Source: an uncultured Pseudomonadales bacterium
GTDB lineage: Bacteria > Patescibacteriota > Microgenomatia > UBA1400 > PJMF01
Direction: 5' to 3'
NCBI GenBank assembly: GCA_964574595.1
Contig: CAZNOF010000002.1
Span: 25,413 to 69,972, forward strand
DNA length: 44,560 nucleotides
Made by a program: the position numbers and the translations under genes. How positions within the stretch are numbered: the first letter of the stretch is position 1; the number at the start of each line of letters is the position of its first letter. Below, piece after piece: positions 44,448 through 44,560 of the stretch. The notes under the pieces are model-generated. The model worked only from the letters and a program-made list of their open reading frames with translations, had not been told where the DNA came from and did no database searches.

Positions 44448-44560
44448 ATGAGTAGTGTCCTAAAAGTTGATCATCTCTCCAAAATATTTCAACCTGAGAA
44501 AAAAGGTGGAGTTCCATTTGTGGCAGTAAATAACATTACATTTGAGATGGAAGAGGGTGA
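44448..44560 (+). CDS. ABC transporter ATP-binding protein, N-terminal fragment (runs off window)
   Basis: MSSVLKVDHLSKIF...FVAVNNITFEMEEGE is the typical pre-Walker-A start of ABC ATPases. Promoter TTGATT-N17-TATGAT-N6-ATG. Confidence 0.75.
   Translation, partial: MSSVLKVDHLSKIFQPEKKGGVPFVAVNNITFEMEEG

Noticed and set aside
1-44560. CRISPR array, diversity-generating retroelement, IS element or rRNA
   Set aside because: No regularly spaced repeats, no reverse transcriptase or adenine-specific TR/VR pair, no transposase and no rRNA-like sequence were seen. The paralog similarities are ordinary diverged duplications.
1-44560. Alternative genetic code 25 (UGA = Gly) as in Gracilibacteria/Absconditabacteria
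   Set aside because: Long ORFs are intact under code 11, and TGA acts as a stop at coupled junctions (for example ATGA at 35250-35253 and 7431-7434).

Overview
This 44.6 kb window is almost entirely cell-surface biology. It probably comes from a small-genome Patescibacteria/CPR bacterium (Microgenomates-like); this is inferred from gene content, a tRNA-Arg(GCG) and leaderless-type promoters. The standard genetic code fits. Left arm (1-11.5 kb): a large fibre-like adhesin with Kelch-like repeats that runs off the window edge. It diverges from a cluster of two WxL/pilin-like secreted subunits and three membrane-anchored DUF916-like proteins, followed by an 816-aa Ig/FN3 membrane protein. Middle (11.5-24.5 kb): an accessory islet downstream of tRNA-Ser(TGA), whose 3' end is duplicated 126 bp away; tRNA-Arg(GCG); a two-gene membrane operon behind a structured leader that occludes its Shine-Dalgarno (SD) site; a Nudix hydrolase; a 730-aa His/Cys-rich secreted protein with an EF-hand loop; tRNA-Ser(CGA); an acyltransferase-3; and a sortase with an adjacent LAATG substrate. 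Right arm (24.6-43.7 kb): one tightly coupled minus-strand glycan locus of about 19 kb. It contains a 1594-aa GT2-GT2(synthase)-flippase-GT4 fusion, a GT4, FdtA/FdtB-like amino-sugar enzymes, a tandemly duplicated [GT2, GT2, kinase-deacetylase] module whose second copy is fused to a GT-C transferase, a second GT-C and a clan GH-A-like hydrolase. The two strongest candidates for undescribed systems are this glycan assembly line and the usher-less WxL/DUF916 fibre cluster. Family assignments come from motif recognition by eye; no database searches were run.
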